NCBI GenBank assembly: GCA_965226495.1
Contig: OZ245365.1
Span: forward strand, 1,280,001 to 1,344,000
DNA length: 64,000 nt
Source of the DNA: Candidatus Marinacidobacterales bacterium
GTDB lineage: Bacteria > Acidobacteriota > Vicinamibacteria > Marinacidobacterales > DATDRI01
Direction: 5' to 3'
Shown: piece by piece, positions 1 through 9,167 of the stretch
Numbering within the stretch: position 1 is the first letter of the stretch
Layout: every line of letters begins with the position of its first letter
Position numbers and translations under genes: made by a program
The notes under the pieces: model-generated
Told to the model about the DNA's origin: nothing
What the model saw: the letters and a program-made list of their open reading frames with translations, nothing else
Databases searched by the model: none

Positions 1-458
1 ACGAGTATCGCCATGACACCCAGCCAGTAATTGGGCGCTGCCTGCCCGACCAACGCAATCATCTGTCCCGCTCGATCTACTAAGGATAAAGGTCTCGTCG
101 CCGAGATGATTCCGACCGGTAACCCCACCAAAAGCATGAAGATCATGGATGCCACCGTCAGCTCGATCGTTGCCGGCAAGTGTTGAAGCACCAAACCCAT
201 CGCCGGAACTCTTGCCTGAAGAGATTCGCCAAAATCTCCCCGAAGAATGTCGCCAAAGAAGGCCAGGTATTGAATGTAAAAGGGGCGGTCGAGTCCGAGC
301 TCCTTCCTCAGTAGGTCGGCTTCTTCTCTGGTGGCCATGGGATCCAGCAGAAGCGCTACCGGATCGCCGAGAACGTTCGTTATGAGAAAAACGATGATCG
401 TGATTCCCACGATCATCAGGAGGGAATGGAAGAACCGTCTCAGTATGAATGTCGGCAC
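1..458 (-). CDS. Peptide/nickel ABC transporter permease (DppB/OppB-like), cut off by the window edge
   Basis: Translated by hand from GTG at 458: MPTFILRRFFHSLLMIVGITIIVFLITNVLGDPVALLL...LGLDRPFYIQY...GDFGESL...LPATIEL. This is a typical DppB N-terminus, directly downstream of the binding-protein gene. Confidence 0.9.
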   Translation of the reverse strand, partial: MPTFILRRFFHSLLMIVGITIIVFLITNVLGDPVALLLDPMATREEADLLRKELGLDRPFYIQYLAFFGDILRGDFGESLQARVPAMGLVLQHLPATIELTVASMIFMLLVGLPVGIISATRPLSLVDRAGQMIALVGQAAPNYWLGVMAIL

Positions 459-464
459 GCCTGG

Positions 465-1976
465 CTATTGCCTTACGCTGACCGTCCACAAATCCATCAT
501 TTCATCACTGGGAGCTCGGAAGCCGACCACCTCCTTGGAAACGGCATAGATCCCCTTCACGTTGTAGAGGAACAGATAAATCGCATCCTCATGAACGATC
601 TTACGGATTTCGTATGCCGCTTCACTTCTCTTGCCGGCATCCATCGTGGCCTTAGTTCTCTTGACGGTCTCCCACAGCGATTGGTCCGGATGGAAGGAAA
701 GAAAAGAGCTCGGGTCCAGCTCGTTCAGAGAATGCGAGATATCCCAATCCCTCGAGGCCATCCCGATGAGGTAAATTCCCTCGAACTCACGACCGATGAG
801 CTTACTGATGTAAGTGCCGCTCTCCATGACATGAACTTTAGTGTCGATGCCCGCCTTTCCGAGTTGGTCCGCGACCGCCAGGACCACTTGTCGGTCCATC
901 GGGTAACGCCCGTTCGGAGTGTAGAGGTTCAGCGGAAACCCGTCCGAATAGCCGGCCTCGGTCAGAAGGGCTCGCGCTTTCTCGAGATCGTACGGGTAGG
1001 GTTCTAACAGTGGGCCACTGCGTTCGGCGATCCGTAGAGGGACGTGTGTTCCGAGAGGCGTACCCATCCCGCCGAGCACGCCCTCGACGATTGCCTCCTT
1101 GTCGACGGCGTAGTTGAGGGCCTGGCGTACTCGTTTGTCCCGGAGGGCGGCGACGTTGGTCGTATCCATAATGATATGCATCGCACGTAGACTCTCGATC
1201 GATTGGACATCTATATCGTCATCGTCTTCGAGCGTCGCCACCATGAAAGGTGGCACGTCGGTAATGATGTCCACGCCCCCGGTCTGCAGCTCAGCGACCC
1301 GGGTCCCCATTTCCGGAATGATTCGAAAGACCAGCGTCTCGACCTTTGGGGGAGGGAGATACCAGTCGGAAACTGCCGTCAGCGTCAAGCGATCGTTGGG
1401 TTCCCAGGAAACGAACTCGAAGGGTCCCGTCCCGACGGCATGATGTCGAACGCCTTGCTTTTCGTTTTCTTCGAAGGTCTCTTTCGAAACGATCCCCACG
1501 AAGGCTGCCAGCACATTGGGTAGGAGCGGATCCGGGATTTTCGTCTTGATGTCTATGGTGTGGCTGTCGATGACTTCTATGGTGTCGTAGCTGGCGAAAT
1601 AGGATCCAAAGTTCCACCTGTTACGCGGATCCAGTAGCCACTCGAGCGTGAACTTGACGTCGGTTGCGGTAAACGGATAACCGTTGTGGAACTTCACTCC
1701 CTGCCGAAGATGGAAACGCCAGGTCTTGTCGTCGAGTAACTCCCAGGAAACTGCCAGACGAGGGTTGATCTTACCGTCGGGGCCGAAGTGAACGAGACTG
1801 TCGTACACGTGCCGCTGCATCATGATGCCGGTCACGTTGAATGCCAGTAGCGGAGACAATCCCTTCATGTCGGTGGTCACAGCGACCGTCAGGGTGTTCT
1901 TGGGTTGTGGCGATCCACGCCAGAAAATCACGAGGGCAATGAGGATGAGGAGGGAAAGTGCGGCGAGTCGCTTCAT
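465..1976 (-). CDS. ABC transporter substrate-binding protein, family 5 (DppA/OppA-like)
   Basis: Motifs VYDSLV, LAVSWE, FHLRQGVKFHNG, GTGPF, RVRQALNYAVD and YDLEKARALL; N-terminal hydrophobic anchor. ATG 1976 preferred as start (ORF is open to 1991). Confidence 0.93.
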   Translation of the reverse strand: MKRLAALSLLILIALVIFWRGSPQPKNTLTVAVTTDMKGLSPLLAFNVTGIMMQRHVYDSLVHFGPDGKINPRLAVSWELLDDKTWRFHLRQGVKFHNGYPFTATDVKFTLEWLLDPRNRWNFGSYFASYDTIEVIDSHTIDIKTKIPDPLLPNVLAAFVGIVSKETFEENEKQGVRHHAVGTGPFEFVSWEPNDRLTLTAVSDWYLPPPKVETLVFRIIPEMGTRVAELQTGGVDIITDVPPFMVATLEDDDDIDVQSIESLRAMHIIMDTTNVAALRDKRVRQALNYAVDKEAIVEGVLGGMGTPLGTHVPLRIAERSGPLLEPYPYDLEKARALLTEAGYSDGFPLNLYTPNGRYPMDRQVVLAVADQLGKAGIDTKVHVMESGTYISKLIGREFEGIYLIGMASRDWDISHSLNELDPSSFLSFHPDQSLWETVKRTKATMDAGKRSEAAYEIRKIVHEDAIYLFLYNVKGIYAVSKEVVGFRAPSDEMMDLWTVSVRQ

Positions 1977-2022
1977 CGACACAAACCTCAACGGCGTCGT
2001 CGGAGCTCTCTAGAGACTCTTC

Positions 2023-2883
2023 TCAAGAATCGAACATCCTCCGAATCGTCTGAAACAGCTCGCTACCCTCGTCGCCCGTGGCGAGGGCAGTGACATCGTG
2101 TTCGCATCCTTCTAACAGCACGAGCTCCGCCTCTCCGCCTCTCTCCTTCAACGTCCGAACGAACTCCTTCGATGACTTCACCCGCCCTGCTTTCTCTTCG
2201 AGAGAGCCGACGCCGACGACCGTCTTGCGAGGGACCGTCTCGATATTCAAGATTGGGCTGGCCTCGCCCCGAAGCTCCGGGTCCGGAAGGTATTCGCGCA
2301 CCCAGGTCGGGACCCGGAGATCGTAGGACGTGCTGACCGGGGCACAGCCCTTGATCATGTCTGTCGGTAGAGACATCTGTTCGAGCCAGTCGGTTTTGAC
2401 GCTAACGAAGGCAGAAAGATTGGCTCCCGACGAATGGCCGCCCACATAGATTCGGTCAGGATCGCCCCCATGGGCGGCAATGTTCCGGAAAACCCAGGCC
2501 AACGCATGCCGTGCGTCATCATGCGCGTCGGGGTAACGAAAGCTGGGCGTGAGTCGATAGCCTGCTGCGACGGTCAGGATGTTGTGATGAACGAACGGCG
2601 AGGCAACGAAGCCGTATTCGGCGCGGTCGCCTTCCCGGAACCCACCACCATGAAAAAAGACGAAAACAGGCCATCCTGAAGATTTTTCTTTGGGGGCGTA
2701 TAGGTCGAGCCTCTGCTTGGGGTGGTCGCCATAGGGTATGTCCAGTTCATTCGGTACGGACTCCCGAATCGCGGTAGTTAGTTCATCCGCCTTCTCATAG
2801 AAAGCTTTCCAGTTGATGTGGAACTCTTCTGGGTGCGTAACGGTGTAATAGTTTGAGGAGCTCGACCCGTCGAAGTTTTTCAT
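2023..2883 (-). CDS. Alpha/beta hydrolase, arylformamidase (kynurenine formamidase)-like
   Basis: YGDHPKQRLDLY, FFHGGGF oxyanion motif, GHSSG nucleophile, C-terminal His. Confidence 0.8.
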   Translation of the reverse strand: MKNFDGSSSSNYYTVTHPEEFHINWKAFYEKADELTTAIRESVPNELDIPYGDHPKQRLDLYAPKEKSSGWPVFVFFHGGGFREGDRAEYGFVASPFVHHNILTVAAGYRLTPSFRYPDAHDDARHALAWVFRNIAAHGGDPDRIYVGGHSSGANLSAFVSVKTDWLEQMSLPTDMIKGCAPVSTSYDLRVPTWVREYLPDPELRGEASPILNIETVPRKTVVGVGSLEEKAGRVKSSKEFVRTLKERGGEAELVLLEGCEHDVTALATGDEGSELFQTIRRMFDS

Positions 2884-3050
2884 GCCCGCGTACCTCCAAC
2901 ATTGGAATGTTGGGATTCTAAATGGCCTAGGGTTCCAGGGTCAACCGACAGGACCGGATCGAGAATTTGACGGGAGAGACCCTGCTGGTACACTCTGGGC
3001 CGCCGGCGGGAATCCTGAATCCGACACGAAAGTTACGGGAGACGAAACCA

Positions 3051-3863
3051 ATGGGTAAGGAAAGTGGCTTCGAGACGATTCGTCTCGACCGAGACGAGCG
3101 TGGCGTAGCGACGATCACCATGGACCGGCCCGCCGACGGCAACCCGATGGACGAGGAGTCGATCCGCGAAATGACTCTCGTCGCCGAACGGCTCGGCGAA
3201 GACGACAGCGTGCGGGTCGTCGTCTTGACGGGGGAGGGAAACGTCTTCTGTGCCGGCGGCAAGCCGGCTTTTCTCGAGAAGCTCAGAAGCTTCAGCTTTG
3301 CGAAGAACATCAGCCTAGGCGGGCGGCTCGATCGTATGTACGCCACGCTCTCCGGGCTCCCCAAACCGCTAATTGGACGCATCAATGGTGACGCCATCGG
3401 GGGCGGAACAGGCCTAACCACGACCTGTGACATCGCCATCGCCGTCGAGGAAGCTCGGTTTGGATTCTCCGACGTTCGCGTCGGCATAGCACCCACCGTC
3501 GTCGCGCCATACTTCGTTCGAAAGGTCGGTCCCTCGTTCGCGCGCGCCGCCTTTATCAGCTGCGAGAAATTCTCCGCACGAAGAGCTAGCGAGATCGGGC
3601 TGGTTCATCGGGTAGCTCCCAAGGCCGACCTCGACGCGGTGGTGGAGGAAACGATCGATTCTTGTCTCATGGGAGGTCCGAGAGCAATGGCCGTTGCGAA
3701 GCGATTGCCGGACATCGTACAGCATGGCTCGGAGGCTCTGAGAAAGGAACTGGTCGAAATCGTGGCGAGACTGCGCGAGACGGATGAAGGCCGAGAGGGA
3801 CTGGCGGCGCTGATCGAGAAGCGAAAGCCCAGTTGGGTGGCAGGAGACAAAAGTGACGACTAG
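3051..3863 (+). CDS. Enoyl-CoA hydratase/isomerase (methylglutaconyl-CoA hydratase-like)
   Basis: VATITMDRP, FCAGG, INGDAIGGG, EGREGLAALIEKRKPSW. ATG 3051 follows a GGGAG RBS-like sequence. Confidence 0.88.
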   Translation: MGKESGFETIRLDRDERGVATITMDRPADGNPMDEESIREMTLVAERLGEDDSVRVVVLTGEGNVFCAGGKPAFLEKLRSFSFAKNISLGGRLDRMYATLSGLPKPLIGRINGDAIGGGTGLTTTCDIAIAVEEARFGFSDVRVGIAPTVVAPYFVRKVGPSFARAAFISCEKFSARRASEIGLVHRVAPKADLDAVVEETIDSCLMGGPRAMAVAKRLPDIVQHGSEALRKELVEIVARLRETDEGREGLAALIEKRKPSWVAGDKSDD

Positions 3864-5556
3864 AAAACGTTTGTTCGAAGTGGTTCTGAAGGCTACGTTC
3901 GGTATCGCCGTATTGTCGGTTGTCGGTTGCGCCAGCCCTTCGGCCGACGCACCAGACCTCATCCTGCATTCGGGCAAGATCCTCACGGTGAATGACGGAT
4001 TCGAGATCGCGGAGGCACTCGCGATTGCCGACGGAAACATCGCCGCCGTCGGAACCGATGCGGAGATCCAGCCTCTGGCGGGGACGGACACGACGGTGTT
4101 TGATCTCGAAGGCAGAACCGTAATCCCCGGCATCGTCGATGCGCACTCCCACCAGGATGGCTACGGGATGCACATTTACCGCGCCGATCTTTCGAAGGTG
4201 GGTAGCGTCGCGGAGATGATGTCCGTCGTCGAAGCCAAAGTTAAACAAAGCCAGCCAGGAGAATGGATCACCAATTCCGGCTTCTGGAACGAGACCAAGC
4301 TCGAGGAGCGCCGTAACCCGACACGCTTCGACATCGATCCGATCTCTCCCGAAAACCCGGTATACCTAGGCCGCGGGCATCTGGGCATCATTAATACGAA
4401 GGCGATGGAAGCCCTGGGTATGGACGAAGACACGCCTAACCCTCCGGGCGGGACGATAGAACGGGATGAGCAAGGTCGTATCACCGGCCGTTTGTACGAG
4501 AGGGCCCTCGATCCGTTGGAAGAAGCCGTTCCCAAGCCGACTCATGAACAGAGGATGGGTGCCATTCTCCAAACGTACAAAGAAATGGCAGCGGCCGGCG
4601 CGACCAGTGTGCGTTCTGCAGGAAGTCCCATTGAAAGCATCGCCGCTTACGTCGAGCTCAACGATCGCGGTGAGCTGCCGCTTCGCACGGGTGTCACCGC
4701 CTACCTGAATCCCAATCAATCCGCTGAGCAGATCGAGGCGTGGCTCCAGCGACTACCCCCGGCTTCCCGGTCGGGCGACATGTTCCATGTCTGGGGAGTG
4801 AAGATGACTGCCGACGGTGGCTCGGATCTCGCGTACCTCCGCCGCGACTACGCGAATCGACCGGGATTTAGGGGCCAGTTGGGCGGATCGCTGGAAGACT
4901 TCACGACCGCGGTTTCTCTATGCAACCAATACGGGAGGAGAGTCGGGATTCACGCGCTCGGTGACGCGGCCATCGATTTTACCCTCGACGCCTACGAAGC
5001 GGCCGACGCGGAAGACTCGATAGTGGACAAGCGTTGGTCCATCGAGCACGGTTACCTCATTCAACCGGAGCAGTACCCGCGGATGAAGCGCCTCGGGCTC
5101 ATCATTCACCCACAGACCTGGCATCTCTATCACTTGAGAAGAAACTTCCTCGACAACTACGGACAAGAGTATGCCGATATGTCGCATCCTTACCGCGATC
5201 TGGTGGATCAGGGGATCCCCATCGCCGGCGGGATGGATTGGAGAGTCGCTCCGTACGATTACTTCTTCTTCATGTGGGTCGCCATCACGCGGAAGACGCT
5301 CGACGGAGAAGTGGTAGGTCCCGATCAAGCCCTGACCCGCGAGGAAGCGCTTCGCTTCCATACCGTCTGGGCCGCCTATTCGACTTTCGAGGAAGATCGG
5401 AAGGGTTCGCTCGAGCCCGGGAAATTCGCCGATCTTGCCGTGCTCGACAACGACTACCTCGGCGTCGAGGAGGACGAGATCAAAGACATCCGCCCTCTGC
5501 TCACCATGGTAGGGGGCCAAGTTGTTTTTCGAGATCCTGACTACACCTTCCCCTAA
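3853..5556 (+). CDS. Amidohydrolase family 3 (YtcJ/NfdA-like), probable lipoprotein
   Basis: PGIVDAHSH, IHALGD, SIEH and GSLEPGKFADLAVL; signal peptide ending VVGC. Confidence 0.88.
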   Translation: MTTRKRLFEVVLKATFGIAVLSVVGCASPSADAPDLILHSGKILTVNDGFEIAEALAIADGNIAAVGTDAEIQPLAGTDTTVFDLEGRTVIPGIVDAHSHQDGYGMHIYRADLSKVGSVAEMMSVVEAKVKQSQPGEWITNSGFWNETKLEERRNPTRFDIDPISPENPVYLGRGHLGIINTKAMEALGMDEDTPNPPGGTIERDEQGRITGRLYERALDPLEEAVPKPTHEQRMGAILQTYKEMAAAGATSVRSAGSPIESIAAYVELNDRGELPLRTGVTAYLNPNQSAEQIEAWLQRLPPASRSGDMFHVWGVKMTADGGSDLAYLRRDYANRPGFRGQLGGSLEDFTTAVSLCNQYGRRVGIHALGDAAIDFTLDAYEAADAEDSIVDKRWSIEHGYLIQPEQYPRMKRLGLIIHPQTWHLYHLRRNFLDNYGQEYADMSHPYRDLVDQGIPIAGGMDWRVAPYDYFFFMWVAITRKTLDGEVVGPDQALTREEALRFHTVWAAYSTFEEDRKGSLEPGKFADLAVLDNDYLGVEEDEIKDIRPLLTMVGGQVVFRDPDYTFP

Positions 5557-5568
5557 GGAGACAGACAG

Positions 5569-6063
5569 ATGCTGCTATCCGATACTCTGACCGCAGAGTT
5601 TGCCTTCGAGTCTGAAACGACGAAGAAGCTGATGGACCGGCTTCCCGAAGACAAGCTCTCTTGGACGCCCCACCAGAAGTCGATGACGCTCAGTCGGCTC
5701 GCGACCCACATTGCTCAGATCCCCGAATGGGGGGAGACCATCGTGCAGCACGAGAGCTTCGACATGGCCAGCGTCGATTACAAACCCCTCGAGCTCGGGA
5801 GTCGACAAGAGGTTTTAGATCTTCTCCAGAAGAACCTGGCGCAGTTTGCGGAGATCGTGAAGGGGAAGGACGACTCGTTGATGCTCGCGAAGTGGCAGCT
5901 CAAGCACGGCGACCATGTTGCCGTCGACGTACCGCGCATCGCGGCGCTTCGAGGTTTCGTTCTGAACCACACCATCCACCATCGCGGACAGCTATCGGTT
6001 TACCTCCGCCTGAACGACGTCCCCCTTCCTGCCATGTACGGGCCTTCCGCCGACGAATCCTAA
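5569..6063 (+). CDS. DinB family protein
   Basis: WTPHQKSMTLSRLATHIA and NHTIHHRGQLSVYLR; AAGGAG RBS. Confidence 0.9.
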   Translation: MLLSDTLTAEFAFESETTKKLMDRLPEDKLSWTPHQKSMTLSRLATHIAQIPEWGETIVQHESFDMASVDYKPLELGSRQEVLDLLQKNLAQFAEIVKGKDDSLMLAKWQLKHGDHVAVDVPRIAALRGFVLNHTIHHRGQLSVYLRLNDVPLPAMYGPSADES

Positions 6064-7277
6064 TTCATGGGCGGTCCGACTGCGACAATAGGCTCGTTAG
6101 GCCGGAAATGCAGAGGGAACTTGGTCACCGGTCGCATGGGGTCCTTCAAGTCCACCAAGTAAGGAGCACGGTCCTTCTCTTTGACATCCCCGAGTTCGAA
6201 AACCACGGTGGAGGCGGCTAGGGCGGAGCCATCGGGTGAGGCCGCAATTCGCGTGCCATAAGGATGAGGCCAATCATCGAACTTCCCCGACATCCGCGCG
6301 ACCGTGGTAAGCCGTGGTGGGGCAGTGCCCATCGGTATTTCGGCGATAGAGAACATCATCCTGTCCCCTCGGAAGATCCAGAAGCCCGAAGATTTGGCGG
6401 GACTGAATACCGCCGCATAGAGGGTCTCGCCATCCGGCGACCAATCGAGATGTCCCAATACGTACTGTTCGACAGGGAGCTTCGGCACCAAGGTCTCTTG
6501 GAGTCCGGCCTCTGAGAAGATAAGGATGAGCGCCCCTGTCGGCCCGCCGCCGGCGACGGCCATTCGCTCCCCATTTCGATAGGGCGCCATGAAAGGGGAG
6601 AGCTCGTCGATCCCATGTTCCTCTAGTTCTCTCTTGGTCAGCTCGAAGAGTGGCAAGAGAGTGAGGTCCTCCAAATTCAGTTTTCCGAATTCTTCAGCCC
6701 GGAATACGCGTTTGCTCTTTGGATCGCTCGTCGGCTCGAATCGTGTTGCCCGGTAATAGACGGTGTCGCCAGCGTCGTAAAGCATGACGGTTTCCTCGGT
6801 TTCGCCGGACGTCACTTCGCCAGTGCGGAGATCGACTTTGTTCAGCGTTTCGCCGCCGAAGTAAAGGCTCCCTGCGATTTCCGGAATCGGTGATGCCGTT
6901 GCTATCGTAGCCGCGCCGCGCGGGAGCTCGATCCTCTCGCGCGGTTCAGGAGAGTTGAGAGGTAGTAGTAGTATCCCGCTCGTTGACAACACGATCACCC
7001 GCTCGCCGCCCGCCTCCCATTGTGCATCGATGACGCCCGCATCTTCGTCGGGTTCGGACACTAGAAAGATAGAACGCGTCGCTCCGCTGGCGCGATCCAA
7101 CAGCACGACACCAGACTCCTTCGCCGTCGGGTCGTAATAGGAGTAGAGCAGCTTAGAGCCGTCGGGACTCCACGAGGGTCGGGAGGGTAGGCAAGCGGAA
7201 ACGCACAGAATAAGTGCCAGAAGACTGACCACCGTGAATAATTCATTGCGATTTCCAATCTGATTGAGTCTTTCCAT
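6060..7277 (-). CDS. Lipoprotein with TolB/PD40-like beta-propeller repeats
   Basis: Lipobox VSAC; WSPDG/SPDG repeats; GGAGG RBS; has its own sigma54 promoter. Confidence 0.7.
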   Translation of the reverse strand: MERLNQIGNRNELFTVVSLLALILCVSACLPSRPSWSPDGSKLLYSYYDPTAKESGVVLLDRASGATRSIFLVSEPDEDAGVIDAQWEAGGERVIVLSTSGILLLPLNSPEPRERIELPRGAATIATASPIPEIAGSLYFGGETLNKVDLRTGEVTSGETEETVMLYDAGDTVYYRATRFEPTSDPKSKRVFRAEEFGKLNLEDLTLLPLFELTKRELEEHGIDELSPFMAPYRNGERMAVAGGGPTGALILIFSEAGLQETLVPKLPVEQYVLGHLDWSPDGETLYAAVFSPAKSSGFWIFRGDRMMFSIAEIPMGTAPPRLTTVARMSGKFDDWPHPYGTRIAASPDGSALAASTVVFELGDVKEKDRAPYLVDLKDPMRPVTKFPLHFRPNEPIVAVGPPMN

Positions 7278-7306
7278 CTTCTTCGCCTCCTCTAGACGGG
7301 AAGAAG

Positions 7307-7323
7307 AGCAAGGACGGTGCCAA
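7307..7323 (-). promoter_or_regulatory. sigma54 -24/-12 promoter of the propeller lipoprotein gene
   Basis: Minus strand reads TTGGCACCGTCCTTGCT, a full match to TGGCAC-N5-TTGC. Confidence 0.85.
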
Positions 7324-7376
7324 CGCGCAGAGACTCATCGGTGGCAACATACCGTGGACAGAACGCCTCGTATCGC

Positions 7377-7408
7377 TTCGGATATCGAAACGGTGTTCGT
7401 GTATCGAA
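7377..7408. promoter_or_regulatory. Tandem palindromic enhancer (UAS) pair TTCG-N5-CGAA
   Basis: TTCGGATATCGAA (7377-7389) and TTCGTGTATCGAA (7396-7408); 56 bp from the GG of the minus-strand sigma54 promoter. Confidence 0.75.
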
Positions 7409-7482
7409 ACACGCCCTAGCCTCACCAGCTCGCTAAGTCCTTGCTTCTAAACTGTCGATTCTGTTGAACTGTGTTTCCGCGA

Positions 7483-7498
7483 CGGCATGAATCTGGCA
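7483..7498 (+). promoter_or_regulatory. Weaker sigma54-like promoter upstream of the activator gene
   Basis: CGGCATGAATCTGGCA (GG-N10-GC), 76 bp from the UAS pair. Confidence 0.45.
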
Positions 7499-7589
7499 GT
7501 TCACCAAGCAGGTTCCACCATGGCGTACGAGGCTTCACACCGCTTCACTCGGTGGTTTTCTGGCTGTAACATAGCTGCAGAGGTACCTC

Positions 7590-9167
7590 GTGGACGATTG
7601 GTCCCCTGAGACAACGCTCGATCCGAACAGCCCGCTGTCAGAGACTGGGACAGGACCGTCGCATCGACTTCTTGCTATCTACGAAGTAGGCCGATTGCTG
7701 TTGGAGCAGCGCGAGCCGCGCCAAATCATACTGACGATTCACAAAGCCCTCGTCGACCACCTCAAGCCCGATCATGCGTGCGTCCTGAGCGTCGGCGGGA
7801 ACGGCTCTCTGCACGCGGTGACGGCGCACGACCTGGATCTCGACAAACCCGAGGACGCCTGGCCTATCAGCCGGACCGCTTTGCGGCAAGCTCAAGAGAC
7901 GGGCCTCGCGCTTCTTGCGAAAGACGTTCTGCAAGATCCACAGTTCGGCGGCTCTCAGAGCGTCCACAAGTTCAGTATTGGGTCGGTCCTGTGTGTTCCG
8001 CTGGGAAAGGACCCGGTGCGCGGTCTGATTTATGCCGACCGCCGCAACAAGCGCGATGCGTTCACCCGGGAAGACCTCGAGTTTCTCACCGCCATCTCGG
8101 TCTACACCGGCCTAGTGCTGGAGCGCGCCGAGGAGTATCTCCGAACTTCGGAGGCGCTCAAACGTAGGGACGAACGGCTGGAGCTACTCGAAAGGGAGAT
8201 TCTCCGTTATGAGATCGTGGGAAAGTCGCCTCGCCTACTAGAGTCGTATGACCACTTGCGTCGATTAGCAGGGGCCGGCGCGCGGGTTCTGCTTAGGGGA
8301 GAAACAGGCACTGGCAAGGAGCTCTTCGCCCGTGCCTACGCCGCCGCCACCGAGCGAGGGAAGCCTTACGTGCCAGTTCCCATCCCGGCCCTTGCCCCTA
8401 ATCTCGTCGAGTCGGAGCTCTTCGGGCACGTAAAAGGGGCTTTCACTGAGGCCTCTCGCGACAAAAAAGGTTATCTCGAGGTCGCGCACGGCGGGGTCTT
8501 GTTTTTGGACGAGATCGGCGATATCGAACCGGCGACCCAGGTGAAACTGCTTCGCTTTCTGGACTCCGGGGAGCTTCACCGGGTCGGAGACACCGACCCA
8601 CGACACGTCGACACGCTCGTTGTCTCGGCTACGAATCGCAATTTGGAAAAGCTCGTAGAAGAAGGACGTTTTCGTTCCGATCTCCTGGCGCGCCTGGGAC
8701 ACCCGATCGAGATCCCACCTTTGCGCGAGCGCACCGGGGACATCCCGATTTTGGTGAACCACTTCAATGAAGTTTACTGCCGGGGACCGAAGCGGAAGAC
8801 CTTTGCGCCGGAGAGTATGGAGCTGATGAAGCGTTACCCCTGGGAGTTCAACGTACGCCAGCTTCAGCAGGTCGTGGAGCATGTGGTGTGTCTCGTCGAT
8901 CGCGAGACCATACTCCCCGAAGACTTGCCCGATTTCGTCCGCCTCGGCGCGGAACTGCCAGGGCCCACCTCGGGTGGGCTCGGGAGCGGAGATCGCGGCT
9001 CTCGGCCCTTGAAAGACGTCATCGACGAGGCGGAACGCGCGCATATCACACAGACCCTCGAGCTCACCGGCGGCAATAAACGCAAAGCGATCAAGCTCCT
9101 CGGCATATCCTCGGAAACCTTTTATAATAGGCTCGAGGAGTTCGGCCTTCACAAGAAAAAGTCCTAA
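7590..9167 (+). CDS. sigma54-dependent transcriptional activator (GAF-AAA+-Fis HTH)
   Basis: GAF-type segments SVLCVPL, GLIYAD and FTREDLEFL; Walker A GETGTGKE; ESELFGHVKGAFTEA; Walker B FLDEIG; NVRQL; HTH GGNKRKAIKLLGIS. Confidence 0.93.
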   Translation: MDDWSPETTLDPNSPLSETGTGPSHRLLAIYEVGRLLLEQREPRQIILTIHKALVDHLKPDHACVLSVGGNGSLHAVTAHDLDLDKPEDAWPISRTALRQAQETGLALLAKDVLQDPQFGGSQSVHKFSIGSVLCVPLGKDPVRGLIYADRRNKRDAFTREDLEFLTAISVYTGLVLERAEEYLRTSEALKRRDERLELLEREILRYEIVGKSPRLLESYDHLRRLAGAGARVLLRGETGTGKELFARAYAAATERGKPYVPVPIPALAPNLVESELFGHVKGAFTEASRDKKGYLEVAHGGVLFLDEIGDIEPATQVKLLRFLDSGELHRVGDTDPRHVDTLVVSATNRNLEKLVEEGRFRSDLLARLGHPIEIPPLRERTGDIPILVNHFNEVYCRGPKRKTFAPESMELMKRYPWEFNVRQLQQVVEHVVCLVDRETILPEDLPDFVRLGAELPGPTSGGLGSGDRGSRPLKDVIDEAERAHITQTLELTGGNKRKAIKLLGISSETFYNRLEEFGLHKKKS

